Assembly (NCBI GenBank): GCA_035084275.1
Contig: CM068756.1
Coordinates: forward strand, 1,178,001-1,242,000
DNA: 64,000 nt
Direction: 5' to 3'
From: Hydrolagus colliei
Lineage: Eukaryota
The first letter of the stretch is position 1; each line of letters starts with the position of its first letter. A model generated the notes under the pieces. The model made no database searches. It saw only the letters and a list, made by a program, of their open reading frames with translations, and was not told the origin of the DNA. Both the position numbers and the translations under genes were made by a program. Below are positions 39,512-52,737 of this stretch, one piece after another.

Positions 39512-41519
39512 GTAATTTTTGTTTATTTTTGAAAACTGCATTTTTAGCAGATTTGCAAAAGTCTTTTGACTACAGAGCTTAATAGTTCACCGTCAAGATC
39601 CCATTCGCAAAACTCATCATATGTCTGTGCATTATCTTTTCAGTGTCGCTAAGCGTCTCTAGCAGCACAGAGCCATCTGAGATGGGGAAAGACAATTGAG
39701 ATGGGTAAATTCTTTTCAGCAAAGACGGTAAAATTCACCATTACAGTGCCCCTCTTTGGGAGAGACAGAGAGACTGACGTACTGACAGAATGAATGAATC
39801 TGTACGTGTATGTGTGCACGCATGTTTGCAGTTGATTCTAATAGCCGTTGCAGTTTCTGATTCACCAAGACAAAATACATTTAACATTTTTTCCATCAGC
39901 CACTTATCTATTATAATGTCCCAGGTTTAGCTGTCAAATTAACTACCCATATTGCTACCCCACACACATTTATCTTTGCGCAAGATAAAATTAAAAGAAT
40001 AGATTTCTGTCTCTAAATAGAAAATAGTCCAAACACAGGGTATATATGTACAGTATATGGATATTTTTGCCAATAGGCAAAACTGAGGAACTGTCATCTT
40101 TACTCATTTACATACACTGTGACCTTTCTTCCTTTGTGAAAATTTAAAAGGAAGCTTTTATTACATTAGTAGCTTAGCAACAGGAGATAGGCTATCATAA
40201 GATGGTCGGTATTACAATAGGGAATGAACTGCAGTATAATGGCATCATGAGCTCACCAACCATACAGGCCTCACAACTGACTGACATCAAACAAAGCTTC
40301 TTTCATCATTATTCTGCTGTTTTAAAAATACCACCCATTAAAAGGAAGTGTATACCATGAATGTGGCAGACATGTTGAGTGAAGGAAACACTGGATATAA
40401 CATTTGGCTCACTGCTATCTAGCAGGTAGCTGCGTTTCTGATTTTAAAAAGTTGTTGTTGGGTGGTGGTTGTAAATATCACCACAAGATAAGGTGCTTTT
40501 CTAAAGGCACGATGGGACAGTTTCCACAGCAGCAATCCTGAAGCCTATATTTCCATCTTTTCCATCAGTCAACCTTCACTCAGAAGGAAAATCCATTTGT
40601 TGTCAGTAGAAGAGGCATTGGCTACAAAGAGCTAAGAAAAATTCTCTCTGGTGAAAAAGTTTGTAAGAGGAAACATTCTGCTGTAGCCAAACAAAACGAA
40701 TGGCTGTTGAAGGCAATAGTATAAAAGATTATATAAGTTTTGTAAATACACTTAATGCTATGTGACCCTTCGTAAACCCTTCTGAATTAACCAATTGAAA
40801 TTTGCCACCCATTGTTTCTCAATGTGATTATCCCTGTGCAGTTAAAGCATAGAACAGCAGTTATACAAGTGGTGCAAGGTATATTTCTGTTACAAGGTAG
40901 AAAACTGAAGACAGAGTGTTATTGTACACTAGAGGTCACTCTTATAACCTGAAAAAAAACACATTTGCACTATTTCCAGGTACATTGCATCTGGTAACTG
41001 TTTTGGCATCGCTACTGTCTGTTGTCATTTATTTAGACATTTATATCAGTTATTGTAATCAACCTAGTAAATACTCCGATGGTAAAGGTCTTGCCTGGCA
41101 ATATTGTTATGTTCTTATGTTTCTCGATGAGCCTACAGAAGAGTATAGGTACCTGAAGTGTGTTTGCATCCAATATTCTGCCTAAAGGTATTGCATATTA
41201 AAATCAATTTGCTGATACCTCTCAGCAAGACAAGTTGAAACTAAGTCCATGTAAAAAAAACTGTTCACAATACATCAATCGCAACAATACACATTGTCAA
41301 GCAAAGCAGCCAGGAGGTTGCTGCTTTTTACATTATTAACTATTGTTTCAAGTCCTAGAAGAGAGCAGAACATCAACCTGCTAACGGTAACTATGCCGGC
41401 TTCAGTTAGCTCGGTAGTGAGCAGAACGTTTAAATGATAAAGACTTTCTATGCGGAAAATAGCTGAAAAGCGTCTAGCTTAACCTGAGTTCGAATACAAC
41501 TGATTTTAATGGCCCTCAA

Positions 41520-41885
41520 GATCACAAGATTATGAGATCGGTTCAGATGAAGAAGACTTCTGGCCCCTTTTGATGTCATCCTTCCAAATTAACCGCTCTA
41601 GCATCTTGCCTTTGCTACTTCAAGTTAATCAATCTTTTCTTGCAAGTGAATCCGGCATACTGGCTTCAACCACTCTTTATGGTAACTCATTCCAGTTGTT
41701 AATTATTATTGTCCGGGTAAAGAAACACTTCCTGATTTCTGTTCAGAAATTTCCCTTTGCAACTCTAAACCTTTCATTTACTGCCTTGATACATCCACAG
41801 GTATTGTTCCTGATACACCTTTTCAATCCAATTTGAACTTTCACATACCTTCATTAGAAGCACTCTGAGGCATCTCCATTCAAGA
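41520..41885 (-). mobile_element. Old CR1 LINE 3' fragment
   Basis: gcttcaaccactctttatggtaactcattccag...gggtaaagaaacacttcct is the reverse of RK.FFT...WN.LP..VVEA. Confidence 0.72.
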
Positions 41886-42544
41886 CCGACCGAGGTCAGA
41901 ACAGGTATTGTTGTTGTTGACTTGTGGCGTGATTGCGACCGAGGTGGTAACCTTGAAGTCGGACTCTGAAAAAAGGAGGTTAACTTTTTGTACGAATGAA
42001 ATAGCTACCAGAGCCATGAAAATAGTCAAATTCTTCTCCCACTTTCATTCATTTGTAGGCATTTTAGATGAAACACCTGGGATGGGTTACACAACAATCC
42101 TTGATGACATAGATTGAAATTGCTCATTCTTACTCAGCTTAGAGGAAGCGTAATTAAAAAGGTGATTTAAATCAGTTTATAGTGACCTGGAACGTTTCGG
42201 GTGGAGTGGGAAGCTTTTTAAATATCCGATACTTTGCTGTTTTCTCTGTGCCAATTCCCGAAGAATATATGGGTTAGAAAACTATCCAACCCACTGAAAC
42301 AAAACAATGCTCCAGAGTTACAATAATCAGATGCATAATAATGCACTCCAAAATATTTGTTTGATTTTTAACTAGTGAAGCAACAAAACCCTTTTTAAGG
42401 TTTGTTTCCGATTTGGTTCAGTGTTTTTCGGACTTGGACATTTCAGAGATTTGTCACGGGGGAAGCAGGCGGTGATCAGATTTAAAAGCAAATGGCGTAG
42501 ACACAATTTCACCTATTTTCCCCGAACGTTCATCATTATCGTAA

Positions 42545-44090
42545 GAACAGCACAATTTATAGAATGAAAAATATGGGTCATTCAGTCCATTGAGTCCACT
42601 GCCTGGCGCAGATTGATGTTTCAGGTAATCAACTTCCATTATAATTCTCAGTCTTATCCTTTCTTAATACCACATTGTGGTATTAAGGAAGATTAAAACT
42701 TAGAACCTGTAGCAACATTGCAGTGAATTATGCAGTGCTTTGTAACAGATTGACTGTGAAAAATATCTCAAGATCTATTCAGAGAAAGCCCCTTTCTATC
42801 TTTTTATTTCAGTGATTCTTTAGTTTAACGTCCCTATTTTATAACAATTTTATATCTGATTCACATCCAACAATCTCACTAGATGACACTCTGCAATACT
42901 TTTAATTGTTTCAAAAAATCTAAATGGTGAATGCATCTTGTTTTGTGTTTTGTTAAAGAGAACAATTTCATGTCCTTAGCCAGTCCTCATTATTAAGTTT
43001 GAGGAAACAAGAGGAAGTGTGGAATAAGAAAAGCCCATTCATCTTATCCAGATCCTTCCCAGTTTAATCAAGTAAAAAAAACTCCAGCACATAAATCTAA
43101 CATTACATCTGCAATAATTCAACCCTGACCCAGAATTATTTTTGCGATTCTCCTAGGTTCTCTTTTTAATACTTCAATGTGCCTTTGGAAGTAATGTGTC
43201 CAAAATTATGAATATGTTATACAGAGTTAATGCCATATCTTTGGTCTGGGATTCCATGCTTGTAGCTTACTTTATTAACCACTATCTCATATTGCAGAGA
43301 TTCGTTTTGAACACTAATTCACAACCACTCCTTAGGCCTCTTTCTAAGTTCCAGCTATCTTGTAATCAGAGTTAATATTATCTGGATCTGTACGCATTAC
43401 GTCTCATTTATCCACACCAAAAAGCATTTGCCAATCATGATCTCATTTCCTAAGCTTCTACTGATCTCTTTGAATAATATTGGCCTCTGCTAAGTAATAT
43501 TTTGCCAACCCACACAATTCCTGTCATTGGCAAACACAGAAATTCAACTTTTTTTTTCAAAAGAAGCACTCATCTTTGTGTTTCATGGAGCTCGGGGATA
43601 ATAGAGTTCCAATGAACTCCACTTCTCTCCCGGCCTAAATAATACCTAATCAAAATTAAACTCCAGTTTTTAACTACAGTAGTTTTCAATCTACTTTAGT
43701 GTCTTGTAATTTATGACATCAAATCCCTTATGAGAGTTTTGATATATATCTTCTGGATTGCTCCCTTGCTATCAAATTAGTTATCTATTAAAGAAATTCC
43801 TATAAATCTTTAGAGGAAGCTTTCCTGTTCATAGCTCTCTCCTTTTCATGTCCATTTTACATGGATTTATAATTGTAACCTTTATAATCCTCTCACAGTT
43901 CTATATGTCCTTTCTTACAAACTGATGCCATGGAACCAACTTTGTCTTCATTCACACTCCCTGTTCCAGTGATCTACGCTGCTCAAAGCTCTGCATTTCC
44001 TGCTGATGTCCACTACCTTCTCTCTTATTTTAAGAATCCAGAAAAGATGCAATCGAGTCCTGGTATTTTGGTACTTTATTTTCTCTCGCT
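42545..44090 (-). mobile_element. Highly decayed CR1 ORF2/RT remnants
   Basis: Collinear minus-strand vestiges: FAND (for FADD) at 43523-43534, SGVHWNSII (for SGVPQGSVL) near 43594-43623, a DF.KAFD-like remnant near 43715-43750, and 3'-end-like sequence near 42545-42770. Confidence 0.6.
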
Positions 44091-44115
44091 GTCATCCATT
44101 TTTAAAATATGCCAA

Positions 44116-44290
44116 AATAATAATCCTTGCCCTTCATACGGCACCTTCTCACGTCACCAAGATGCCTCAAAGCACTTCATAGGGTTAGGGTGTAAAGTGG
44201 TCTGGAAGTGTGTATTTTTATTGGGTGAAAAACACGTCAGCCAATTTGCGCACAGCAACGTCCCCACAAACAGCCATTGAGTAATTGACC
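44116..44290 (-). mobile_element. Deu-domain SINE, 3' half
   Basis: aataataatccttgc...ctcaaagcacttca...cagccaatttgcgcacagcaacgtccccacaaacagc. Confidence 0.87.
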
Positions 44291-44875
44291 AACAAATAAA
44301 CTATCTTCAGCGAATAAGTAATCTTGGCTTTGATGGCTCAGGTGTCTTGTTTGTGGAATGAGGATTGATGCCCCACTATCCTTCTCCATGAACTCTGAGG
44401 AGAGGAGCCCCATTGCAGATTCATCCGTGTCCTGATCCTCTGAGACTAATCCGTCAGTCTAACCCTTTACTAGGGGCCCAACTTGTTATCTAATCCTCTG
44501 CCAGCACAAACGTTTGATATAAACTTGTTTATAAGCTCCACATTGAATTCTAAGTGGTGCAGTTAAAAGCCTGAAGCCAAGTTCTCGTCTCCTGCTGTCT
44601 ATCTCCCCTCCCGCCATCGTCTGCTTCGCCTTCAAAGATTCACGGTCTCTTGCTCTCACTTAAATATTCTCTGATGCTCTTGGATTCATTGCTATCATGG
44701 ATCTCAAGTTAAAACAAACAAAATAATTTCTAGGGTTAATCCTATCTGTTTTGTTCCCCAAACTCTATGTTTGGATTGAATAGGAGGAGTCTTTCAGTTG
44801 CTTCTTTTTGACGACAGCCACATTTTGGTGCTTTATCCTGGCTGCATGTATATTGCTCCAGGTCCTATTTCTGAA

Positions 44876-44975
44876 TAATAATAATCCTTGCATTTGCTAT
44901 AGCACTGGAGGAGAGGACACCTAAAGGACGACACCCCAAAGCACTTCACTGGATTAACTGCAAAGTGAAGTAAAT
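44876..44975 (-). mobile_element. SINE 3' tail fragment
   Basis: aataataataatccttgcatttgctatagcac...ccccaaagcacttcac. Confidence 0.75.
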
Positions 44976-46380
44976 CCATGAGTCCTCTACCACACACCAT
45001 CTTCCCAAGGCCAAAAACCCTACCTCGTCTTAGCCCGCAAGGCCATCTTGTCTTAAAAATGTAAGAGTGGTGGAAAATTCTCAAATTCAAAATATCCAAA
45101 TTACAGTTCAATTGAAGAATTTTCCATAGTGCTGGAGTATGTTTAATTTTGAGGCAAAATGGTCATCCAGGCCACGAATAGGTAGAACTCCAGGGAACCC
45201 TGCCTTTCTCTCTAACAGTTCCCTCGAGTCTTTGCCCACTATTCATCTCTCCATTGTCACTATTACTTTCCCCCCTACCTGGTGGATCATCAATACGTTC
45301 CTTTCTAATTCTCACCCTTATGTCCGCTGGAGCTGTTTACTGCCTGATTAATATAGGCCTCGTCATATTCCACGATACGAACACAACAAAAGCGGGCATC
45401 AATTGCACGGGAAAATTACATATTTTAGGAGCTGGCTCTAAAGAAGGAAGCTGTTGAAAAGTAATACCATGGAATGCGTTTAGGGAGTAAAGTAACTTTT
45501 GAGACATTTCTATGTGGTAAGGTGCCTTTTTGTTTGGATTAGAAATACTTATTCTATCGGATACCTCCTTGTCTAAGTACTGTGTTATTGTCTCAACCAA
45601 TCCTTCCTGTCTTACAGGTACCTGGCTGACTCTGAGTACTGCTCGGGAAGAGAGTGTATGGTTTGGTTTTCCTGGGCACACATTACTCAAATGTAACATG
45701 AATGTAACATAGCATCGTACATACTTTTCACAGGCAAAACTTAAATCTGATTAAAATTCTTCCCAGATAAATGTGTGAACACGTACAGCAGTTAAGATCC
45801 TATTTCAATGAAATTTCCCCCAAAGTAAAAACAGCCAAAACAAACAGGTTGTCAGGATTAGAAAAGCTCTTTACTTACAAACTGTAAAAGTACAGCTGGT
45901 TTGTGTTAGTGGTTTAATAGGGCAATAGTAATTCAGTCTGCAGCACTGTAAACATGATAAAATGCATTCTCGGGATAAAATTGCATTAACAGCTAAAATA
46001 TTCTGTGTTCAAGAGTTGTCTCATTAAACGTACAACCCAAATTATGTTTGTCCTTCAAATCTCCGTTTTACCTTCCTAGAACTATTCAATATTTGGCTAG
46101 ATTACATACTGAGTGTAACCTGGGTGTGGCTCTGCGATGAAATGTTAAAAATGTGCAATTATGACTTAAGTTAAATGACATGTAATGGAAACCTTGATTG
46201 CCACACTCTTTCATGAGGATTAATGTTGGTCTGTTTTACATGACTATTTGGGCAAAGTACTACATGAGGATGCGGTGAACATGTCCCTGTTTTCTTTACT
46301 GTTTTCAGCCTTTTAACAATTACGATTAAAATAATTTTATTTATGAACGCAGTTTAACTGTACCAGAAACATACTTGTAT

Positions 46381-46432
46381 TTGGGATGAACTCCTGACGT
46401 GAAAGGCGCTATGCATTGTAATTTTGTGTTGC
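46381..46432 (+). mobile_element. Short L2-type tail
   Basis: ttgggatgaactcctgacgtgaaaggcgctatgcattgtaattttgtgttg. Confidence 0.75.
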
Positions 46433-47220
46433 ATTTTATTGTGCGTGTCTGAGTGAGTCAGGGAGAAGAAAAACAAACAATGATTTTTGCAAAGAGAAAA
46501 TATTGGAGAATGAGCGTGTAACTGAAGTCAAGGGTTTGTAGACTATTTTCAAAGCATCTTGTGTGTCTATTCTGAACTGCATGAACGTTCCATTACCTTA
46601 AAAAACACTTTCAATGTAGGATTACTAGTACAGCTATTTGTGTGACCAATGACTATCCTGTTGCCTATTCTGTTCCGAAGGATTTGCTATTGCTGCCTCT
46701 TCAAGGTTGACTACTTTATTCCAGTGAATGGTGCTCTTTCTGATACTACCGCACCTGAAACTATTCTTATTGTCACCTCAAAGACCACTTCTGTTTTTGC
46801 CTTCCGTACTTCTGGTTGGCCATTAACAATGTGTGAATTGAGGATAGTGGGTAATGTGAAAAAAAAAGACAAAGGCAGCTGAGGTAACAGTGAAAGAAGC
46901 AAGAGATTGTACAACATTTCAGTAAAAACAGAGTGTTGAACGTGGAAAACAAATTGGAGGCGACAGCCATGTTTTGAAGATGTTAATTTTGGTGTTGAGG
47001 CCTGCTGGCTGGAGGGTGCCTGAAAAAAAAGCTTAAGATACTGCTTCATAAGTTTGCCTTGATCCAAAGGAGGTCATGAATGAAGAGGTCACAGAGATTA
47101 AGGGGATTTTCAGCGATGAATTTAGTCCCTCTCTTTCCTGTGCTGAAGACAAAATATTGGCAGCAAATTTTTACTTTGCAAAAACTCCTTCCTTTCTCTG
47201 ACCCATCCATTTGTGTCCAG

Positions 47221-47740
47221 GTGTCATCCTGGCTCAGTCGGTAGCACTCCCACTTCTGAATCACAATATACAAGCTCTATATCGAGGCTTTGAACTCACA
47301 GTCTAGGCTGGCACTCCAATGCAGGAATGCAGCGTTGTGCTTTAGATGAGATGTTGAACTATTAAGGTCCCATAAGTCTATTTATTCAGTTGCAGGTTAA
47401 TCATCCCCTGGCACTAATAAGAATAATAATAATACAGTATTTTGCATTTGATATAGCGCTTTTCACATCTTATCCAAAGCGCTTCACAGAATAAACTGTA
47501 ACGTGAATCGACTGTATATTTGTGGGCAAAAAGAGAAGAGAATTTCAATCCATATCCTGGTCAACAATTCCCAAGATTTTTTAAAAAATGTTGTCAATCA
47601 CTTCCGGGCTAATTATGGGCTATTGCTGTGTGTAAATTGACTGCCATGGTTGCACAGAAATGCACAATCACAACTCTTCACAGAAACCTCTGCAAAGTGC
47701 TTTGAGACATTTCTGTGCGACGAGACATTGCATCAAATGG
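47221..47740 (+). mobile_element. Old full-length tRNA-headed DeuSINE, interrupted by a younger SINE tail
   Basis: tggctcagtcggtagcactc head; tttagatgagatgttgaac...tcccctggcacta / aagagaagag...tcctggtcaaca Deu domain; aagtgctttgagaca tail. Confidence 0.72.
47421..47530 (-). mobile_element. Young SINE 3' fragment nested in old DeuSINE
   Basis: aataataataat...ttgcatttgatatagcgcttttcac...aaagcgcttcacagaat...gactgtatatttgtgggcaaa. Confidence 0.85.
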
Positions 47741-47830
47741 TACCAATGTTATTATCAGTGCATGTTACACACACATTTCCCAAAGCCACTTCACTTGTTC
47801 CACCAGGTTTAATATTGTTTGAGTAGGAAC

Positions 47831-49023
47831 TAGGGAACGGCGATATGGGAATTTCCCGATATATCCATATCGGTTGGCTCATATCGAGATATACCGAAAT
47901 ATCCACATTTTCAGTTTTTTCGTACTGCGCATGCGCGCGCATCGCAGTGTGCGCGCATTCCGGGTGCGCACGCGTTTCGGGTGCGCGCGCATTCGGGGTC
48001 TATCTTCTCAGGGGGTAAATATCTTTCTCTCTCTGTGTCTCTCACTCTCTCCATCTCTGTGTTTTTCTGTCTGTGTCTCTCTATGTCTCTCTCCCTCTCT
48101 CCTCTCTCACATCCCCCCCCATCTCTATCTATCTGTATATTATCACATCCACCCCGTCTCTCCCCCCGCCCACCCCGCCGTCCCTCTCTCGCACCCCCCC
48201 AGCCGTCTCTCTCCCGCTCTCCTCCCCCCCCCCCCCGCCGTCTCTCTCTCCCTCCCGCCCCCAGCCGTCTCTCTCCCCCTCCCCCCAGCCGTCTCTCTCC
48301 CCCTCTCCTCCCCCCCCAGCCATCTCTCTCCCCCTCTCCCCCCCAGCCATCTCTCTCTCCCTCTCCTCCCCAGCCATCTCTCCCCCTCTCCCCCCCCAGC
48401 CGTCTCTCTCCCCCTCTCCCCCCCCCCCAGCCATCTCTCTCCCCCTCTCCCCCCCAGCCATCTTTCTCTCCCTCTCCCCCCCCAGCCGTCTCTCTCCCCC
48501 TCTCCCCCCCCCCCAGCCGTCTCTCTCCCCCTCTCCCCCCCAGCCATCTCTCTCCCCCTCTACCCCCCAGCTGTCTCTCTCCCACTTTCCCCCCCCCAGC
48601 CGTCTCTCCCCCTCTCCTCCCCCCCAGCCGTCTCTCCCCCTCTCCTCCCCCCCCCCCCCCAGCCGTCTCTCTCCCCCTCTCCCCCCCCCCAGCCGTCTCT
48701 CTCCCCCTCACCCCACCCCCCCAGCCGTCTCTCTCCCCCTCACCCCCCCCACGCACAGCCGTCTCTCTCCCCCCACCCCTTGCATACCTGTATATTGTAT
48801 TCGAGGACTATGAATACAAGATGGCGGCTTTGCACCTCGGTCTGCGCATTGTGTATAGAGATGAGCATTCTGGGTCTTGTAGTTGATTGTGCTCGCATCC
48901 CGATTTTTTACCTCGATATACCGGTTTTCGGTATATCGATATTTTTTAAATGTCTATATCGGCGTATCGATATGAAAACCATATCGGGTTTTTAGCGATA
49001 TACCGATAGATCGCCGTTCCCTA
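47831..49023. mobile_element. Non-autonomous hAT (Ac-like) DNA transposon, both ends intact
   Basis: 14-bp perfect TIRs TAGGGAACGGCGAT (47831-47844) and ATCGCCGTTCCCTA (49010-49023). 8-bp TSD gTAGGAAC/cTAGGAAC (1 mismatch). Multiple subterminal CGATAT/ATATCG motifs. No transposase. Confidence 0.92.
48150..48780 (+). repeat. C-rich minisatellite, ~20 units of ~25-35 bp (CCCCCAGCCRTCTCTCTCCCCCTCT)
   Basis: Recurrent cagccgtct/cagccatct cores separated by variable C runs. Confidence 0.95.
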
Positions 49024-49031
49024 CTAGGAAC

Positions 49032-49098
49032 ACAACAACAAGAATAACAACCAAGTTACACTTGTATAGCACCTTTCACGTCAGGAGGATGTCCCAAG
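49032..49098 (-). mobile_element. Short L2-type tail
   Basis: acaacaacaag...ttacacttgtatagcacctttcacgtcaggaggatgtcccaag. Confidence 0.8.
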
Positions 49099-49114
49099 AA
49101 GCTGAATAGGGGTT

Positions 49115-49780
49115 GACCAGCTGGGCCATCAACGCTCCTCTGCCACAGGAGATTTATTTACTACCTTCTAAATCCCACGCCCCTACCTTCTTGTCATATT
49201 CCCTAACTTTCTACTTTCTACTTTCCGAGCTACATTTAAAAGCATTATTGCATTGCACTGTGCCAACTTCAGTTTCTCTTGCGCAATCTTTTATTGGTAA
49301 GATTAAGGCTGAATGATTCACATTTTTAACGTGACCTCTTGTGATTGAAATAGTTTGCTTTTCTTAAGAAGAATGGAAACATATCTTCCAATCTCACTTC
49401 TCCTTCCTCCAGAAGTTTGCATGCAATTCAGATTTTCCGAAACACTGCTTAATTCCTCCTTGAAGATGTTTCTTTCATTTGAGTTTTAATAATAGATTGT
49501 GATGTGTACTCCTGTGCTTTTCTATGCATTGATGAGAATCTTCACCTAATGAAACAATATGAAAATTGACCTTTGTTATGAATATAATTTTCTCACCTGG
49601 AGATGATTTTTCTTTCCCAGACCAAAGAGCTTGAACTAATTGTTTTTGTTAACCTCTTCTAAGCGAAGGTTAATTTTGGTCTCAGAAAATGGCTTCCTTA
49701 GTCTTTCTTGTGCTATTACAGGCATTCTTTTGGGCATATGTTCAACATTTGGCCTTAAACTGCACGAGTTGTATCATTAG
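49115..49780 (-). mobile_element. Decayed CR1-type 3' fragment
   Basis: ccagctgggcc near the terminus, aacgtgacctcttgtg (reverse TRGH), aaactgcac (reverse VQF). Confidence 0.45.
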
Positions 49781-52639
49781 TGTGTCAAATTAGATTGTTT
49801 TTTCCCAGAATTTTACACCAAGGAAAATATGCTGGAAATAATACCTTTTGTGCTGTCAAAGTCCAAGCATTAACTCATTTTGTTCTCAAATAATACAACT
49901 TGGAAACATTTTGAAACTTTGGCTCTAATCTTTTTTTAAGGAGCCTTATATCACAATGATATCATTAATGTACACCATGACTGCACCTGTAAAGGTCTCA
50001 TATCTTGACAGTCTGATTTAGAATTCTTAGTACACATCCAAAATTTGTCGGTAGGACTTGAAGCCTTTGGGTGCAGCCATCAATAAACCAACAATTTATT
50101 CAGGTGCACCACTGATCTACTCATTTAATTTCCGGATTAATGATGAGCAACTATTTGAAAGATTTATGTACGTTGGAAACACATTAGCATTCCATTACCA
50201 ATGGCAACTACCAATAACATTTTCCACGGAACCTACAATTTTTGTTTGTTTGCTAACATTGCGGTAAATTATGTGCAACCCCTGACATAATTTTGCAAAG
50301 ATTAACTGATCCTTTGTTCCATTGAAAATCATGGAAACTTGCAAAGAACACAAATCTGCACAGATACAGTGGTCAATATGATGAGCACTTGAGGATTCAT
50401 GCTCTGAGTTTGAACAGGAGAAACAAATTCCATGATAGGAATACCCACAGGACAAAGGACAGGATGAAAGATTGTGTGCCTTTCAAACTAACTGTTGTAT
50501 TATTTAGGACTCTTGAGGGTACCCTTGGAACTACATTGGGCGTCTTTTCAGAGTTAATATTTTCTCAGCGAGAACGGAGATTTCTAATTTTCTCATGCTT
50601 TCCACATTCCACTTTTTAATCACTCAAAGATTTTGTAAACAAAAACTAATAAAATAAATATAATATTTATACAAGAAGCAGCCAGGTAGCTGGAATGCCA
50701 GATAATTGCATGTTTGATTTCAGATCACAGTCACAGATACATGAACGAGTTTGTGAATCTCGACTGACTTACCTGAGGAAAGCCAGTGTAGATTGGAGGT
50801 CTGTTTGCATGGCTGGAGTGGTGTGTTTGCAGATTTCAAGATGCCTTCTGGTAGGCTGGCGAACAATATGTTATTGATGACACTATGGAGGTTCTACAAT
50901 TTGGACCATCTGACTTTCCATTCTACAAACAGCATAGATAAATTGGGAAGCCAATGGAAACATTTCTGTAAATACTTCACCAGACATCTTCTAACATCCC
51001 AGTAATCAATTGCATTAGAAGTCTATGAAGTAGAAGTTTTGCAAACCATTGTAAACAGAAGTTTGAATTTGATGTTCACACTAAATTATATGGCATAGCA
51101 AAATGTACCAAGAATTAGAATATAATGAAAGAGTTTACAAAGGCTTAGATTCTGGGCAATTGTCATTCAATACCGACTAATGTAATGTAACGCTGTAAAT
51201 TAGATTGCTCAGACATGCTTATAACCATGCTGATGATAGGGAAGCCAGTTCTCATGTAATAATTGACACACCATTGAAGAGATCTTCACATTTAAGTCAA
51301 CAGGATATTGGAGGATATATCGTGAAGCATGGGATCAACAATGATTTCATCAGAGCAATTTAATCTGGAGCCCGATCTTTAAAAATTGTTTTCAATTAGT
51401 TTGAGCACAATGGGTGAAATGTTCTTTTCTTGTTTCCATTAATGTTCCTGGAGTGATTCATTGAGATCGGAGAAAAGTGACGTTTGTTTTCAATCAACAG
51501 TGTAACGTGCAGAGTTGTAACCTGACTTAAAAATTAGCAGGGACAACAATGTAAAATCATCTGCGTACAAGTAAAGGAACAGTCTACATTTTTTAGTGCA
51601 ACTTCCAGCTGCGATACTTATCTCAATTGGCAGCAATGGTAGCTACAGTGCTCGATGTTCACATCAATACAGAGTTATAAATGAATAGTATTGCAAGAGA
51701 GCCATATTAACTGTAATCTGTACTTGGGTATATGTCATTTTTCATGAGAAAATTTCCATGCCATACTAAACCAGAATTCAGTAAAATGCAAGATATTTTC
51801 ACCAAACTCAGCTACACATTAATTTCTGTCTACAGGTTACATTGATCCAGGTACAGTTGCATTAGCATTAATTTCTATATATGGTTTTAAGGACACTGAA
51901 TTCCTGTTTACAGCAAAATTGCAATACAAGTGATTTAGAGTTACTTAGCACTCTTTTGTTGTGTAGCCCATGCCATTAATCATTTATTAAGAACTCACAG
52001 TCTTATAATAAAGACGCGGAATGTGTTAATGGACGATTTATACCAGGTGAGAATAAAATGATATATTGTCCTTCAATTTCAAAAGAACAGATTGTTATTT
52101 TCCAAATGAGATGCCTAATTGGAAGGTACCCAAAAAGTCTGTTTTTATTTTTAAAAAATCCTTTTACTGTATATGTATATATTTAGATCTATAATGCGCA
52201 ACCTCAGTTTTGCTAACTGCAGGCCTATTTAAAATAATAATTCCTTGAAAAATTGTGAAAGGATTTAGTTTCTGTGGAATTTATGTGTATGGATTCTGTC
52301 TGAATAAAAGAGATGATTTTACAAGGGGCGCACAGAGCGAGAAAGGTGAGTCCAAAGGAGAAGTGCTTATAGCTATGCTCACATAACAATTATTTTACCA
52401 TGTTTAAAACACAGTAAATGTTACTGAAGGGTCAAATATCAATACAACCCCCCCAGCACCAGAAATGGTCACACAGCAATTGTACTACCAGAGAGTGCAA
52501 ATGTAGTGAGCTTTGCAGGCAGATATTTACATCAGAAAAGCATATTTAACCAGTTTCCCTGCCTTCAGCCAGATACGCTTGTGAACAAAGTTGTATGGAC
52601 AAACTGGCATGAAGATCCCATTCCCATTTAAACAGAATA

Positions 52640-52737
52640 GACAGCCAATCCACTTTTCCAATACAGTATATTCTGTGAAGCATTTTTAGATGTCTCAATG
52701 ACGCGACAAGGCATGATATCAAATGCACGGATTATTT
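52640..52737 (+). mobile_element. SINE 3' fragment
   Basis: acagtatattctgtgaagcatttttagatgtctc...gatatcaaatgcacggattatt. Confidence 0.8.

Noticed and set aside
41399-41503. tRNA-like remnant (tagctcggtagtgagc ... gagttcgaat)
   Set aside because: The T stem does not pair, the D loop is short and the spacing is atypical. It may be chance or a very old SINE head.
48150-48780. CRISPR-like array
   Set aside because: There are no unique spacers and no cas genes; it is a vertebrate minisatellite.
47874-48995. Long overlapping ORFs (373, 301, 281, 246 aa; Pro/Ser- or Gly/Arg/Glu-rich)
   Set aside because: They are open in nearly all frames because the minisatellite lacks stop codons, and they lie inside a non-autonomous transposon.
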